Shown here in pieces: positions 18,315 through 27,500 of a DNA stretch of 32,000 nt; within the stretch, counting starts at the first letter, position 1, and each line of letters begins with the position of its first letter. Where the stretch lies: the NCBI RefSeq assembly GCF_003324675.1, contig NZ_CP030918.1:270001-302000 (forward strand), written 5' to 3'. The notes beneath the pieces are model-generated. The model saw only the letters and a program-made list of their open reading frames with translations, was not told the origin of the DNA and searched no databases. The stretch is from Paracoccus suum. GTDB lineage: Bacteria > Pseudomonadota > Alphaproteobacteria > Rhodobacterales > Rhodobacteraceae. The translations under genes and the position numbers were made by a program.

Positions 18315-19613
18315 ATGCGTTACCCATCCCGCGTGGCCAAGCCGAATCGCCAGATCGCACCGGTGTCAGGTGTCTTGCGACCCTCGGGGGGCCGCCGCGT
18401 CCTGCTGGCTGCCGAACCCGGCGACGCGCGCCAGGGGCTGGCTCTTCAGCTGGCCGCCATCGGTCTGCAGGTGACCGTGGCCGGCACTGCGGCCGAGGCG
18501 CTGCGGGCCGCGGCCGAGCGGCCAGATTTCATCCTCTGCGACTGGCAAGTCGGCGATCTGACGGCCGCGGATCTGTGCCGCGCCTGCCGCGCCGGCTGGG
18601 CCGAGGATCAGTTCGCCTATTTCATCGTCATCATTCCCCCCACGGCCGGCAAACGGGTCGAGGCCGCGTTGGGCGCCGGCGCCGACGACTTCCTGATGAG
18701 CCCGGTCGTGCCGATCGAACTGGCTGCCCGCCTCGCCGCCGGCGAGCGATTTTTGACCATGGCCGGACGCCTGTCCGAAGGGCGGCGCGAGATGGCCGAG
18801 ACGCTGGCCCGCCTGCAGGCCATCCAGGCCGAGACGGAGGCCGACCTCTCTGCCGCCCGCCGCCTGCAACAGGGCCTGCTGGGCGCGCGCAACGCCCGCT
18901 TTGGCGAGGTCGAGGTGTCGCTGCTGCTGCGTCCGGCCGGGCATGTCGGCGGCGATCTGGTGGGGTTTTTCCCGATCAACGCCCGCCGCGTGGCGCTCTA
19001 CGCCATCGACGTTTCAGGCAACGGCGTCGCGGCGGCGCTGCTGACGGCGCGGCTGGCTGCCTATCTCAGCGGTATCGCGGGCGAGAATATCGCCCTGCGG
19101 CTGGACGAGAACGACCTTTATGACGCGCGGCGCCCGGCCGAGGTGGCCCAGATCTTCAACCGCCTGATGCTGGAAGAGATGGCGACCGAGGCCTATTTCA
19201 CCATGGTCTATGTCGATCTCGACGTGATGAGCGGCAAGGGCCAGCTGGTGCAGGCCGGCCACCCCCATCCACTGCTGCAGCACGCCGATGGCTCGGTCGA
19301 GGTGCTGGGCCTTGGCGGCATGCCGATCGGCCTGATCAGCGGCGCCAGTTGGGAAGAGGTGACCTTTCAGCTTGAGCCCGGCGGCCGGCTCTTCGTCTGC
19401 TCGGACGGCATCACCGAGGCGGAAAACCACGTCGGCGCGATGCTGGCCGAGAACGGGCTGATCGCCATCCTGCGTACCAACGCCTTCCTCGGCGGATCGC
19501 CCTTTCTGGAATCGCTCTGCTGGTCGGTCGCGCAATTCACCCAGGGCAAGCGCACAGACGATATCTCGGCCGTCCTGATCGAGCGTGACCGGATCCTGCC
19601 CGCGCTGTCCTGA
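18315..19613 (+). CDS. Response-regulator receiver domain fused to a SpoIIE/PP2C serine phosphatase domain
   Basis: The N-terminus is CheY-like ([11 protein letters not shown]...[12 protein letters not shown]...DDFLMSPV). The C-terminal PP2C motifs are [34 protein letters not shown] and [10 protein letters not shown]. The exact start is uncertain. Confidence 0.85.
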   Translation: MRYPSRVAKPNRQIAPVSGVLRPSGGRRVLLAAEPGDARQGLALQLAAIGLQVTVAGTAAEALRAAAERPDFILCDWQVGDLTAADLCRACRAGWAEDQFAYFIVIIPPTAGKRVEAALGAGADDFLMSPVVPIELAARLAAGERFLTMAGRLSEGRREMAETLARLQAIQAETEADLSAARRLQQGLLGARNARFGEVEVSLLLRPAGHVGGDLVGFFPINARRVALYAIDVSGNGVAAALLTARLAAYLSGIAGENIALRLDENDLYDARRPAEVAQIFNRLMLEEMATEAYFTMVYVDLDVMSGKGQLVQAGHPHPLLQHADGSVEVLGLGGMPIGLISGASWEEVTFQLEPGGRLFVCSDGITEAENHVGAMLAENGLIAILRTNAFLGGSPFLESLCWSVAQFTQGKRTDDISAVLIERDRILPALS

Positions 19614-19758
19614 GGGGCGCTTCCCGAGCGCGATCATTCACCTGCCCGACATGGCCGAATGGCAGGCTTGGGCCGCCCGCCCCTTTCCCGGGGCGGCGCA
19701 CAACCTATATCCTTCCCTGAAACGGCGCCGGCCGGCCTCTGCCAGACAAGGGACCCTC

Positions 19759-20775
19759 ATGTCCAAATTGAACCAGATCGCCTGGGACGACACCGTCCTG
19801 CCCTTCCAGCTTGACCGTTCGGACCTGCGCGGCCGCATTGCCCGCCTCGACGGGGTGCTGGGCCATATCCTGTCGCGACATGACTACCCGCCAGTCGTCG
19901 CCGCCGCCGTGGCCGAGCTTGCGCTGCTGGCGGCGCTGATCGGCCCGACCATCAAGCTGCGCTGGAAGCTGAGCCTGCAGGTCCGCGGCACCGGCCCGAT
20001 CCGCACGCTGGCTGCCGACTGGTACGCGCCCGAGGTAGAGGGCGGCCCCGCGCGGATGCGCGCCTGGGCCAGTTTCGATGACAAGCACCTCGATGCGGAT
20101 GCGCCGCATTTCGAACAGATCGGGGAAGGCTATTTTGCCATCCTGATCGACCAGGGTCAGGGCTCGCTGCCCTATCAGGGCATCACGCCGCTGACCGGCG
20201 GCAGCTTGGCGGCTTGCGCGCAGACCTATTTCGCCCAGTCCGAACAGCTGCCGACCCGCTTTTCGCTGGGCGCCGGCGTCTCGCAGATGCCCGGCGGTGC
20301 GCCTGACTGGCGGGCCGGGGGGGTGATGCTGCAAACGCTGCCCAAGACCGCCATGTCCGCCGAGGGCGAGGGCAATGCCGAGGGGCTGATCCAGGCTGCC
20401 GACATCCTGCAGGGCGCCCAGTCCGAGGACTGGAACCGCGCCAACCACTTGCTCGACACCGTCGAGGAGCTTGAGTTGATCGGTCCCACGGTTGCACCCA
20501 CCGACCTGCTGGTCCGCCTGTTTCACGAGGAGGAGCCGCGCGTCTACGAGCCGCAGCGGGTCGAGTTCGGCTGCTCATGCTCGGCTGAGCGGGTGCGCGG
20601 CACGCTGTCGATCTATTCGGCCAAGGACATCGCCCAGATGACCACGCCCGAGGGCACGGTCACAGCCGATTGCCAGTTCTGCGGCGCGCATTACGTGTTC
20701 GACCCGCGCAGCCTCGGCTTTGATGCCGTCATCGACGAGGACGGTAATCGCGTGGGCGAGGCTGCCGCGGAATGA
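19759..20775 (+). CDS. hslO: Hsp33-family redox-regulated chaperone
   Basis: I start at ATG 19759 (MSKLNQIAWDDTVLPFQLDRSDLRGRIARLDG). The C-terminal zinc/redox switch is present: CSCS...CQFCG. The track start at 19585 adds 58 codons with no family resemblance. Confidence 0.88.
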   Translation: MSKLNQIAWDDTVLPFQLDRSDLRGRIARLDGVLGHILSRHDYPPVVAAAVAELALLAALIGPTIKLRWKLSLQVRGTGPIRTLAADWYAPEVEGGPARMRAWASFDDKHLDADAPHFEQIGEGYFAILIDQGQGSLPYQGITPLTGGSLAACAQTYFAQSEQLPTRFSLGAGVSQMPGGAPDWRAGGVMLQTLPKTAMSAEGEGNAEGLIQAADILQGAQSEDWNRANHLLDTVEELELIGPTVAPTDLLVRLFHEEEPRVYEPQRVEFGCSCSAERVRGTLSIYSAKDIAQMTTPEGTVTADCQFCGAHYVFDPRSLGFDAVIDEDGNRVGEAAAE

Positions 20776-21377
20776 TCGATTTGCGGTCCCGCCTTGTTGC
20801 GGCGGTCGCCGCCAGCGCGGTGCCGTCGTCCGACTTCGACCTGAACCCCGAGGCGCCCCCGGCGCCGCCCGCGGCGGGGCTCCGCCGTGCCGCCGTCCTC
20901 GCGGCGTTCCGCGCGGATGGCGGCAACCTGCTGCTGACCCAACGGGCCAGCGGCCTGCGTCACCACCCCGGCCAGATCGCCCTTCCAGGCGGCAAGGTCG
21001 ATCCCACCGACAGCGGGCCCATCGCCGCCGCCCTGCGTGAGGCGAGGGAGGAAATCGGCCTGCCCGAGGCCCAGGTCGAGGTGCTGGGCGGCATGCCGGT
21101 CCACCGCACCGTCACCGGTTTTGCAGTGACCCCGGTCATCGGCTTGATCCACGGCCCGTTCACCCCCGTCCCCGAACCCGGCGAGGTCGAGGAGGTGTTC
21201 GAGGTGCCGCTGGCTCACGTCGCCGATCTGACGCGCTACCGGGTCGAGCGGCGCATGTGGCGCGGCACCTGGCGTAGCTATGACATCGTGCCTTTCGGCC
21301 CCTACTACATCTGGGGGGCAACCGCGCGGATGCTGCATGCCTTGGCCCACGCCCTTGATGGCGAGGCGCGGCAATGA
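20772..21377 (+). CDS. NUDIX hydrolase, CoA pyrophosphatase-like
   Basis: It reads LLLTQRASGLRHHPGQIALPGGKVDPTDSGPIAAALREAREEIGL, a Nudix box plus the upstream motif typical of NudL/CoA pyrophosphatases. It overlaps the hslO stop by ATGA. Confidence 0.8.
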   Translation: MIDLRSRLVAAVAASAVPSSDFDLNPEAPPAPPAAGLRRAAVLAAFRADGGNLLLTQRASGLRHHPGQIALPGGKVDPTDSGPIAAALREAREEIGLPEAQVEVLGGMPVHRTVTGFAVTPVIGLIHGPFTPVPEPGEVEEVFEVPLAHVADLTRYRVERRMWRGTWRSYDIVPFGPYYIWGATARMLHALAHALDGEARQ

Positions 21378-22570
21378 CGGATCGCCCGCCCGAAATGTTG
21401 CCCAAGGCGGTGATCGCCGATCCGGCGCTGCAATCGGTGCTGTCGCTGCTGACCTCAGCCGGGCACCAGGCGCTGATCGTCGGCGGCGCAGTGCGCGACG
21501 CGCTGCTCGGCCTCGAGGTGCGGGACATTGATATCGCGACCAGTGCCGCGCCCGATGTTGTGGTGGCCCTGGCGAGGGAAGCCGGCATCCGCAGCGTACC
21601 AACCGGCATCGAACATGGGACCGTGACCCTGATCGCCTGCGGCCGGCACTTTGAGGTGACCAGTTTTCGCCGCGATGTCGCCACCGACGGCCGGCACGCG
21701 ACCGTGGCTTACACCGCCGATCTGGCCGAGGACGCGGCGCGGCGCGATTTCACCATGAACGCCCTTTACGCCGACGCGGCCGGCGCGGTGCTGGACCCGA
21801 CCGGCAGCGGCCTTTCCGATCTCGCCGCGCGCCGGCTGCGGTTCGTCGGCGACGCAAGTGCGCGCATTACCGAGGATTACCTGCGCGCGCTGCGCTTTTT
21901 CCGGTTTCACGCGCATTACGGCGCGCCCGGGCGGGCCGACCCAGAGGCGCTGGCGGCAACCGCTGCCCATGCCCCCGGTCTGCAAACCCTCTCACGCGAG
22001 CGGGTCGGGGCCGAGGTGCGCCGCCTGCTCGACGCGCCCGATCCGACGGAGGCGCTACGGCTGATGGCCCAGACCGGCGTTCTGGCCGCGGTTCTGCCGA
22101 GCGCGGACCCGGCTTCGATGCCAGCCCTCGTCGCGGCCGAGGCGGCCCTCGGGGTCACGCCAGACTGGCAGCGACGCCTCGCTCTTCTCGCCCCCGAACT
22201 GCCACCCGAGGCCCTGCGGCTGTCCCGCAGCGAGGCATCGCGCCACGCACGCCTCGCCAAGGCCAGCCAGATACGCCCGTTCCGCATCGACCCGGCCGGC
22301 TATCACCTCGGTGCAGGCGACGGCCGCGATGCTGCGCTGATCGCGCAGGCAAACGGCGCCAACCTGCCCGCCGGCTGGCCGCAACGGCTGGCCGAGGCCT
22401 CGGCCGCGCCCCTGCCCATCGCCGCCGCCGACATTGCCCCGCCGCTGGCAGGCCCCGCCATCGGCCGCGGCCTGCGCGCGGCCGAGGCCTTATGGATCGA
22501 ATCCGGCTTTGCCATTCCCGCCCCCGCCCTGATTGACGCCGCCCTGCTTGCCGGCGATGAGGATCGCTGA
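21374..22570 (+). CDS. cca: CCA tRNA nucleotidyltransferase (poly(A) polymerase head-domain family)
   Basis: It reads ALIVGGAVRDALLGLEVRDIDIAT...EVTSFRRD...RRDFTMNALY. It overlaps the upstream NUDIX gene's stop by ATGA. Confidence 0.88.
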   Translation: MTDRPPEMLPKAVIADPALQSVLSLLTSAGHQALIVGGAVRDALLGLEVRDIDIATSAAPDVVVALAREAGIRSVPTGIEHGTVTLIACGRHFEVTSFRRDVATDGRHATVAYTADLAEDAARRDFTMNALYADAAGAVLDPTGSGLSDLAARRLRFVGDASARITEDYLRALRFFRFHAHYGAPGRADPEALAATAAHAPGLQTLSRERVGAEVRRLLDAPDPTEALRLMAQTGVLAAVLPSADPASMPALVAAEAALGVTPDWQRRLALLAPELPPEALRLSRSEASRHARLAKASQIRPFRIDPAGYHLGAGDGRDAALIAQANGANLPAGWPQRLAEASAAPLPIAAADIAPPLAGPAIGRGLRAAEALWIESGFAIPAPALIDAALLAGDEDR

Positions 22571-24429
22571 TGCTGCTGCACAAGACTTTCGCCAACATGA
22601 TCAACGCGTTCCGCCCAGCGGACGGACCGCCGCCGCGCCGCCTTCTGGCGTTCTTCCGCTGGTGCCTAGCGGGCGCGTGGCCGGGCCTCTCGGTTGCCGG
22701 CCTCGCCTCGGCGGCCGGCGGGGTGGCGGATGTGCTGTCGGCGACGCTGCTGGGCAAGGTGGTGGACGCCGCCGCGGGCTCGCCCCCCGACCGGCTGCTG
22801 CCCGATCATGGCGGGCTGCTGGTCGGCTTTGTCCTGTTCTTTCTGGTCGTCCGGCCGCTGGTCTATGGCCTTTCGACCGCCTCCAGCAGCGTCATGATCG
22901 GCCCGAACGTGCTGCCCCTGGTGCTCTCGCGCCTGCACCGCTGGACGATGGGCCAGGCAGTCACGTTCTTTGACAATGATTTCGCGGGGAGGATCGCGCA
23001 AAAGCAGATGCAGACCGCCCGTGCGGTCACGGATGTGGCGTCCGAGGCGGTCAATACCGTCGCCTTCGCGCTCGCCTCGGTGGTCGGCTCGGCCGCGTTC
23101 CTGATCTCGGTCGATCGCTGGGGGGCGGTGATCCTGCTGCTGTGGCTGTGCGGTTACATCTGGCTGATCCGCTCGTTCCTGCCCCGCATCCGCGCCAGTT
23201 CTGCTGGCCGCGCCTCGGCCCGGGCCAATGTGACCGGGCAGGTGGTCGACACGATCACCAACATCAAGACGGTCAAGCTGTTCGCTCATGCCGATTACGA
23301 GGACCGCGCGGCCTTGGGCGCGATGGAGGGGTTTCGCGACGCTTCGCTGGATTTCGGCCGCATTTCGACCACGTTCCGTTTCTCACTGATGCTGGTCGCC
23401 GGCATCCTGCCGATCCTGCTGATCGCGACCACTCTGATCCTGTGGCGGCAGGGCGCGGCGACGCCCGGCGACATCGCTGCATCGGGCGCCATTGCGCTGC
23501 GCCTTGCGCAGATGACCGGCTGGGTCAGCATGTCCCTGATGGGGGTCTGGGGCAGCATCGGCGAGGTCGAGGACGGCATGAACACCCTCTCGCCGCCGCA
23601 TGACCTGACCGACCGGCCCGGCGCGCGCATCCTGACCGCATCCGAGGGGCGGATCGACTTCGACCACGTCAGCTTCAGCTACGGGCGCGGCAGCGGCGGG
23701 ATCGACCATCTAACCCTGTCCATCGCCCCGGGCGAACGGGTCGGGATTGTCGGCCATTCCGGCGCCGGAAAGACCACACTGGTCGCCTTGTTGCTGCGGC
23801 TTTACGATGTCGAAAAGGGGGCCATCCGCATCGACGGCAGCGATATTCGCGACCTGACCCAGGAGAGCTTGCGCCGCCAGATCGGCATGGTCACGCAGGA
23901 AACGGCGATGTTCAATCGCAGCGCCCGGGACAACATCCTTTATGGCCGGCCCGATGCCAGCGAGGCCGAACTGGTCGCCGCCGCGCGCGCGGCCGAGGCG
24001 CATGAGTTCATCCTGGCGCTGCGCGATCACGCCGGGCGCACCGGCTATGACGCCAATCTGGGCGAGCGCGGGGTCAAGCTGTCGGGTGGGCAGCGCCAGC
24101 GCATCGCGCTCGCCCGCGCGTTTCTGAAGGACGCGCCGATCCTGGTGCTGGACGAGGCGACCAGCGCCCTCGACAGCGAGGTCGAAGCAGCGATCCAGAC
24201 CGCGCTGACCCGCGCCATGTCGGGCAAGACGGTCCTCGCCATCGCCCACCGCCTGTCCACCATCGCCGAGCTTGACCGGATCGTCGTCCTCGATGGCGGC
24301 CACATTGCCGAGCAGGGCAGCCACGCGGAATTGCTCGCCCTCGGCGGCCTTTATGCCCGCTTCTGGGAACGACAGTCGGGCGGCTTCCTCGGCACCGACG
24401 ATGACGAAGCGACCGAGGCGGCCGAGTGA
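22570..24429 (+). CDS. Fused permease/ATPase ABC exporter (MsbA/multidrug-type half transporter)
   Basis: 619-aa ORF with an N-terminal 6-TM-type domain. Walker A is GHSGAGKTT, the signature is LSGGQRQRIALARAF, and Walker B is ILVLDEATSALD. Its ATG shares 1 nt with the cca stop (TGATG). Confidence 0.88.
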   Translation: MLLHKTFANMINAFRPADGPPPRRLLAFFRWCLAGAWPGLSVAGLASAAGGVADVLSATLLGKVVDAAAGSPPDRLLPDHGGLLVGFVLFFLVVRPLVYGLSTASSSVMIGPNVLPLVLSRLHRWTMGQAVTFFDNDFAGRIAQKQMQTARAVTDVASEAVNTVAFALASVVGSAAFLISVDRWGAVILLLWLCGYIWLIRSFLPRIRASSAGRASARANVTGQVVDTITNIKTVKLFAHADYEDRAALGAMEGFRDASLDFGRISTTFRFSLMLVAGILPILLIATTLILWRQGAATPGDIAASGAIALRLAQMTGWVSMSLMGVWGSIGEVEDGMNTLSPPHDLTDRPGARILTASEGRIDFDHVSFSYGRGSGGIDHLTLSIAPGERVGIVGHSGAGKTTLVALLLRLYDVEKGAIRIDGSDIRDLTQESLRRQIGMVTQETAMFNRSARDNILYGRPDASEAELVAAARAAEAHEFILALRDHAGRTGYDANLGERGVKLSGGQRQRIALARAFLKDAPILVLDEATSALDSEVEAAIQTALTRAMSGKTVLAIAHRLSTIAELDRIVVLDGGHIAEQGSHAELLALGGLYARFWERQSGGFLGTDDDEATEAAE

Positions 24430-25676
24430 ACCAGTGGCAGGTCGAGCGGCTGGGTCGCCGCGGCGATGGCGTCGCCCATGCGCTTGACGGCAGCGGCGCC
24501 CGGGCCCTCGCCGGATTGACCCTGCCCGGCGAGGTCATCGCGGGCACGCCTGTCGACGGACGCATCGCTCAACCGGCAATCGTCACGCCCTCGCCCGATC
24601 GGGTTGCTGCCCCCTGCCCGCATTACCGGGCCTGTGGCGGCTGCACGCTGATGCATGCGCGCGATGATTTTGTGGCGGACTGGAAGGTCGGGATTGTGAC
24701 CGGCGCGCTGGCTGCGCAGGGCATCGCCGCGACAGTCGCGGCGCAACACGCCTCGCCCCCACGCTCGCGCCGGCGGGCGGTACTGGCAGGCCGCCGGACC
24801 AAGCGCGGCGCGCTGGTCGGCCTGCACGCCCGCGCGAGCGACGTGATCGTCGATCTGCACGAATGCCTCGTCGTGACGCCCGCAATCCTCGCCGCCCTCC
24901 CCTTGCTGCGTGAACTGACCGTCGCCGGCGCCTCGCGCGCGGGCACCTTGGACCTGACCGTGATCGACGGCCCCGAAGGGCTGGACGTTTCCGTCACCGG
25001 CGGCAAGCCGGCGGATGCGGCGCTGACGAGCGATCTTGCCCGACTCGCCGAAGCCGGCAATCTGGCCCGTCTGACCTGGGACGGGGAATCCCTGACGCGC
25101 CGCCGCCCCTGGATCGCGATAGGGCCGGCCCGGGTCGTCCCGCCGCCCGGTGGGTTCCTGCAGGCCACGGCCGAGGGCCAAGCGGCGCTGACCGCGGCGG
25201 TTCTGGCCGGCACGGCCGGCGCGCGGCGCGTGGTCGACCTGTTTGCCGGTTGCGGCACTTTCAGCCTGCCGCTGGCGCAAACCGCGGAAGTGGTCGCGAT
25301 TGAGGGCTTGGCCCCGCCGCTGGACGCGCTGCAGGCCGCGTGGCGCGCCATGCCCGGGCTGCGCCAGCTCTCCGTCGAATCGCGCGACCTGGCCCGGCGT
25401 CCGATGACCGCGGCCGAACTGGCCGGCTTTGACGCAATCGTGATTGACCCGCCCCGCGCTGGCGCGACACCGCAAGCGGCCCAGATCGCGGCCTCGGACG
25501 TGCCGCAAGTGGTCTGGATCTCCTGCGATCCCGTAACCTTTGCCCGGGATGCGCGCGTTATGGTCGCTGGCGGCTACGAATTGGCGCGTCTGGAGGTGGT
25601 CGATCAGTTCCTGTGGTCACCCCATGTCGAGACCTCGGCGGTATTTCGCCGGGCGCCCGGTCATGCTAGGACTTGA
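24426..25676 (+). CDS. Class I SAM-dependent RNA (uracil-5-)-methyltransferase, RumA/RlmD/TrmA family
   Basis: It has an Fe-S Cys cluster (CPHYRACGGC...HEC), a SAM motif (VVDLFAGCGTFSLPLA), DPPRAG, and the nucleophile Cys in WISCDP. Its GTG start overlaps the ABC stop (GTGA). Confidence 0.85.
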   Translation: MNQWQVERLGRRGDGVAHALDGSGARALAGLTLPGEVIAGTPVDGRIAQPAIVTPSPDRVAAPCPHYRACGGCTLMHARDDFVADWKVGIVTGALAAQGIAATVAAQHASPPRSRRRAVLAGRRTKRGALVGLHARASDVIVDLHECLVVTPAILAALPLLRELTVAGASRAGTLDLTVIDGPEGLDVSVTGGKPADAALTSDLARLAEAGNLARLTWDGESLTRRRPWIAIGPARVVPPPGGFLQATAEGQAALTAAVLAGTAGARRVVDLFAGCGTFSLPLAQTAEVVAIEGLAPPLDALQAAWRAMPGLRQLSVESRDLARRPMTAAELAGFDAIVIDPPRAGATPQAAQIAASDVPQVVWISCDPVTFARDARVMVAGGYELARLEVVDQFLWSPHVETSAVFRRAPGHART

Positions 25677-25713
25677 TCCACAAGAAAAACGTCAAACGAC
25701 GGTCGAGGCAGTG

Positions 25714-26232
25714 ATGACACGTTATTTCCGCGCCCTGTTCGGGGTGTTTCTGCTGGGCGTGCTGGTCGCCTGCGCCCCCACGCCGTCCAAGATCAAGACC
25801 TACACGGGTCCGGCCGTCACGATGGCGCTGGTCCAGAAAAGCTCGCGCAAGCTCTACCTGATGCACAATAATCAGGTGCTGAAGTCCTATGACGTCGGCC
25901 TCGGCTACGAGCCGATCGGCAGCAAGATGTTCGAGGGCGACGGCCGCACCCCCGAGGGGGTCTATTTCATCGACCGCTTCAACCCCAACAGCCTCTATCA
26001 CCTGTCGGTCGGTATCTCGTATCCGTCGCCGGCCGACACGGCGCGCGCGGCGACCTATGGCCTGCCGGCCGGACGTGACATCTTTATTCACGGCCGCGGA
26101 GCCGAGGGCGCGCTGGCGGCCAAGAAAAAGATCCGCGACTGGACCGCGGGCTGCATCGCCGTGAACGACAAAGAGATCGAGGAAGTATTCTCGATGCTGC
26201 GGCCAGGCGTGCCAATCGTCATCCAGCCCTGA
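25714..26232 (+). CDS. L,D-transpeptidase (YkuD-domain) lipoprotein
   Basis: I start at ATG 25714 (MTRYFRALFGVFLLGVLVACAPTP, lipobox LVAC). The YkuD catalytic motif is IFIHG...WTAGCIAV. Confidence 0.85.
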   Translation: MTRYFRALFGVFLLGVLVACAPTPSKIKTYTGPAVTMALVQKSSRKLYLMHNNQVLKSYDVGLGYEPIGSKMFEGDGRTPEGVYFIDRFNPNSLYHLSVGISYPSPADTARAATYGLPAGRDIFIHGRGAEGALAAKKKIRDWTAGCIAVNDKEIEEVFSMLRPGVPIVIQP

Positions 26233-26254
26233 GGGGGCAGAGAGTCGCGCGGAA

Positions 26255-26290
26255 TAGTGAGGGCGGCCGGGCAACCGGCCGCCCTCACTA
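26255..26290. terminator. Bidirectional hairpin between the convergent L,D-transpeptidase and nitrilase-family genes
   Basis: A perfect 16-bp stem, TAGTGAGGGCGGCCGG (26255-26270) pairing with CCGGCCGCCCTCACTA (26275-26290), encloses a GCAA tetraloop. There is no U-tract on either side, so function as an intrinsic terminator is inferred from position only. Confidence 0.6.
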
Positions 26291-26293
26291 CGT

Positions 26294-27148
26294 CTAAGGT
26301 CCCATCACCGCCGAATCGCGCAGCACCGAGGCGACACGCCGCCGTGCCTCGGCGACCTGGGCCGGGTCCAGATCGACCAGCACCAAGCCGGGATCCGAAC
26401 CGCCATCGCCCAGAATCTCGCCCCAAGGCGAGACCGCAAGGCTGTGGCCGTAGCTCTGGCGCGGCGGGCGCTCGGACGGGGTGTTCACGGCGTGGGTTCC
26501 GCACTGCGCCGGGGCAAGGACAAAGCAGCCCGTCTCGATGGCACGGGCCCGCAGCAGCACATGCCAATGCGCGCTGCCGGTCGGCACCGTAAAGGCCGAG
26601 GGAACGGTCAGCGCCATCGCCCCAGCCTGAGCCAGACGGCGGTAAAGATAGGGAAAGCGCAGGTCGTAGCAGATGGTCAGGCCCAGCGGCAGTGGGCCGC
26701 CGGGCAGATCGGCGGTGGCCAGCACTGCGCGATCTCCGGGGCGGACCGCGGCGCTTTCGCGGTAGGTCTCGCCCGTGGCGACCTCGGCATCGAACATGTG
26801 GATCTTGTCGTAGCGCGCGGCGACGCGGCCATCCGGGGCGATCAGCAGGCTGCGATTGACCAGTCGCGCCTCGCCCGCGTCCTCTGCCTTCAGCAGCAGC
26901 GAGCCGACCAGCAGCCAGATCCCGGCCTGCGCCGCCTGTGCGCGCAGCGCGGCGAGGGTCGGATCATCGCCCTCGCGGCGCAGCACTGCCTGCTGGTGGG
27001 CACGGTCAGCGCTGACGATATTGGTACATTCCGGGGTCAGGACCAGTTGCGCGCCCGCCCCCGCGGCGTCGGCGATCAGTGCCTGCGTCGGCCCGAGATT
27101 CGCCGCCGGATCATCGCCACCGCACAGTTGCACCAGCCCGGCGCGCAA
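26294..27148 (-). CDS. Carbon-nitrogen hydrolase (nitrilase-superfamily) protein
   Basis: The Glu-Lys-Cys triad contexts are LVLTPECTN, YDKIHMFD and LTICYDLRFP. The track ORF runs to 27271 and would overlap grxC by 113 nt. I propose TTG 27148 (MRAGLVQLCGG), 10 nt after the grxC stop, and this start is uncertain. Confidence 0.8.
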   Translation of the reverse strand: MRAGLVQLCGGDDPAANLGPTQALIADAAGAGAQLVLTPECTNIVSADRAHQQAVLRREGDDPTLAALRAQAAQAGIWLLVGSLLLKAEDAGEARLVNRSLLIAPDGRVAARYDKIHMFDAEVATGETYRESAAVRPGDRAVLATADLPGGPLPLGLTICYDLRFPYLYRRLAQAGAMALTVPSAFTVPTGSAHWHVLLRARAIETGCFVLAPAQCGTHAVNTPSERPPRQSYGHSLAVSPWGEILGDGGSDPGLVLVDLDPAQVAEARRRVASVLRDSAVMGP

Positions 27149-27158
27149 CGGTCTGGGC

Positions 27159-27473
27159 CTACTGCGCCAGCAGCGGGTCGAGGCCGCCGCGCCGGTCCAG
27201 CGCCTGCAGGTCATCGCAACCGCCGATATGCCGCCCGTCGATAAAGATCTGGGGCACCGTGCGCCGGCCACTGGCGCGCTGGGTCATCTCGGCCCGGCGG
27301 GCAGGCTCGACGCCGACGTCGATGACCTGGTAGGCAGCGCCCTTGTGGTCGAGCAGGGCCTTCGCGGCGATGCAGTAGGGGCAGGTGCGGGTCAGGTAGA
27401 TTTCGACCTTGGGCGAATCCGGCGCGCGCGCATCTGCGCGGGGTGCGTCGGCCTTGGCGGCGTCAGGCATCAT
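27159..27473 (-). CDS. grxC: Glutaredoxin 3
   Basis: It reads VEIYLTRTCPYCIAAKALL...RTVPQIFIDGRHIGGCDDL. About 22 aa of Ala/Asp/Pro-rich N-terminal sequence may be real, or the true start may be the internal GTG at 27407. Confidence 0.88.
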   Translation of the reverse strand: MMPDAAKADAPRADARAPDSPKVEIYLTRTCPYCIAAKALLDHKGAAYQVIDVGVEPARRAEMTQRASGRRTVPQIFIDGRHIGGCDDLQALDRRGGLDPLLAQ

Positions 27474-27500
27474 GACCTCTTGGCTTGGTTGGCCCTCTAT

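Noticed and set aside
19665-19700. 7-bp GC hairpin (CCGCCCC-TTTCCC-GGGGCGG) between the REC-PP2C gene and hslO, as a possible terminator
   Set aside because: The stem is short and has no U-tract. I cannot distinguish it from chance GC-rich complementarity, and whether the two genes are co-transcribed stays open.
24351-25508. 385-aa minus-strand ORF
   Set aside because: It is antisense to the RumA/RlmD-type methyltransferase, and its sequence is Arg/Gly/Ala-rich and featureless.
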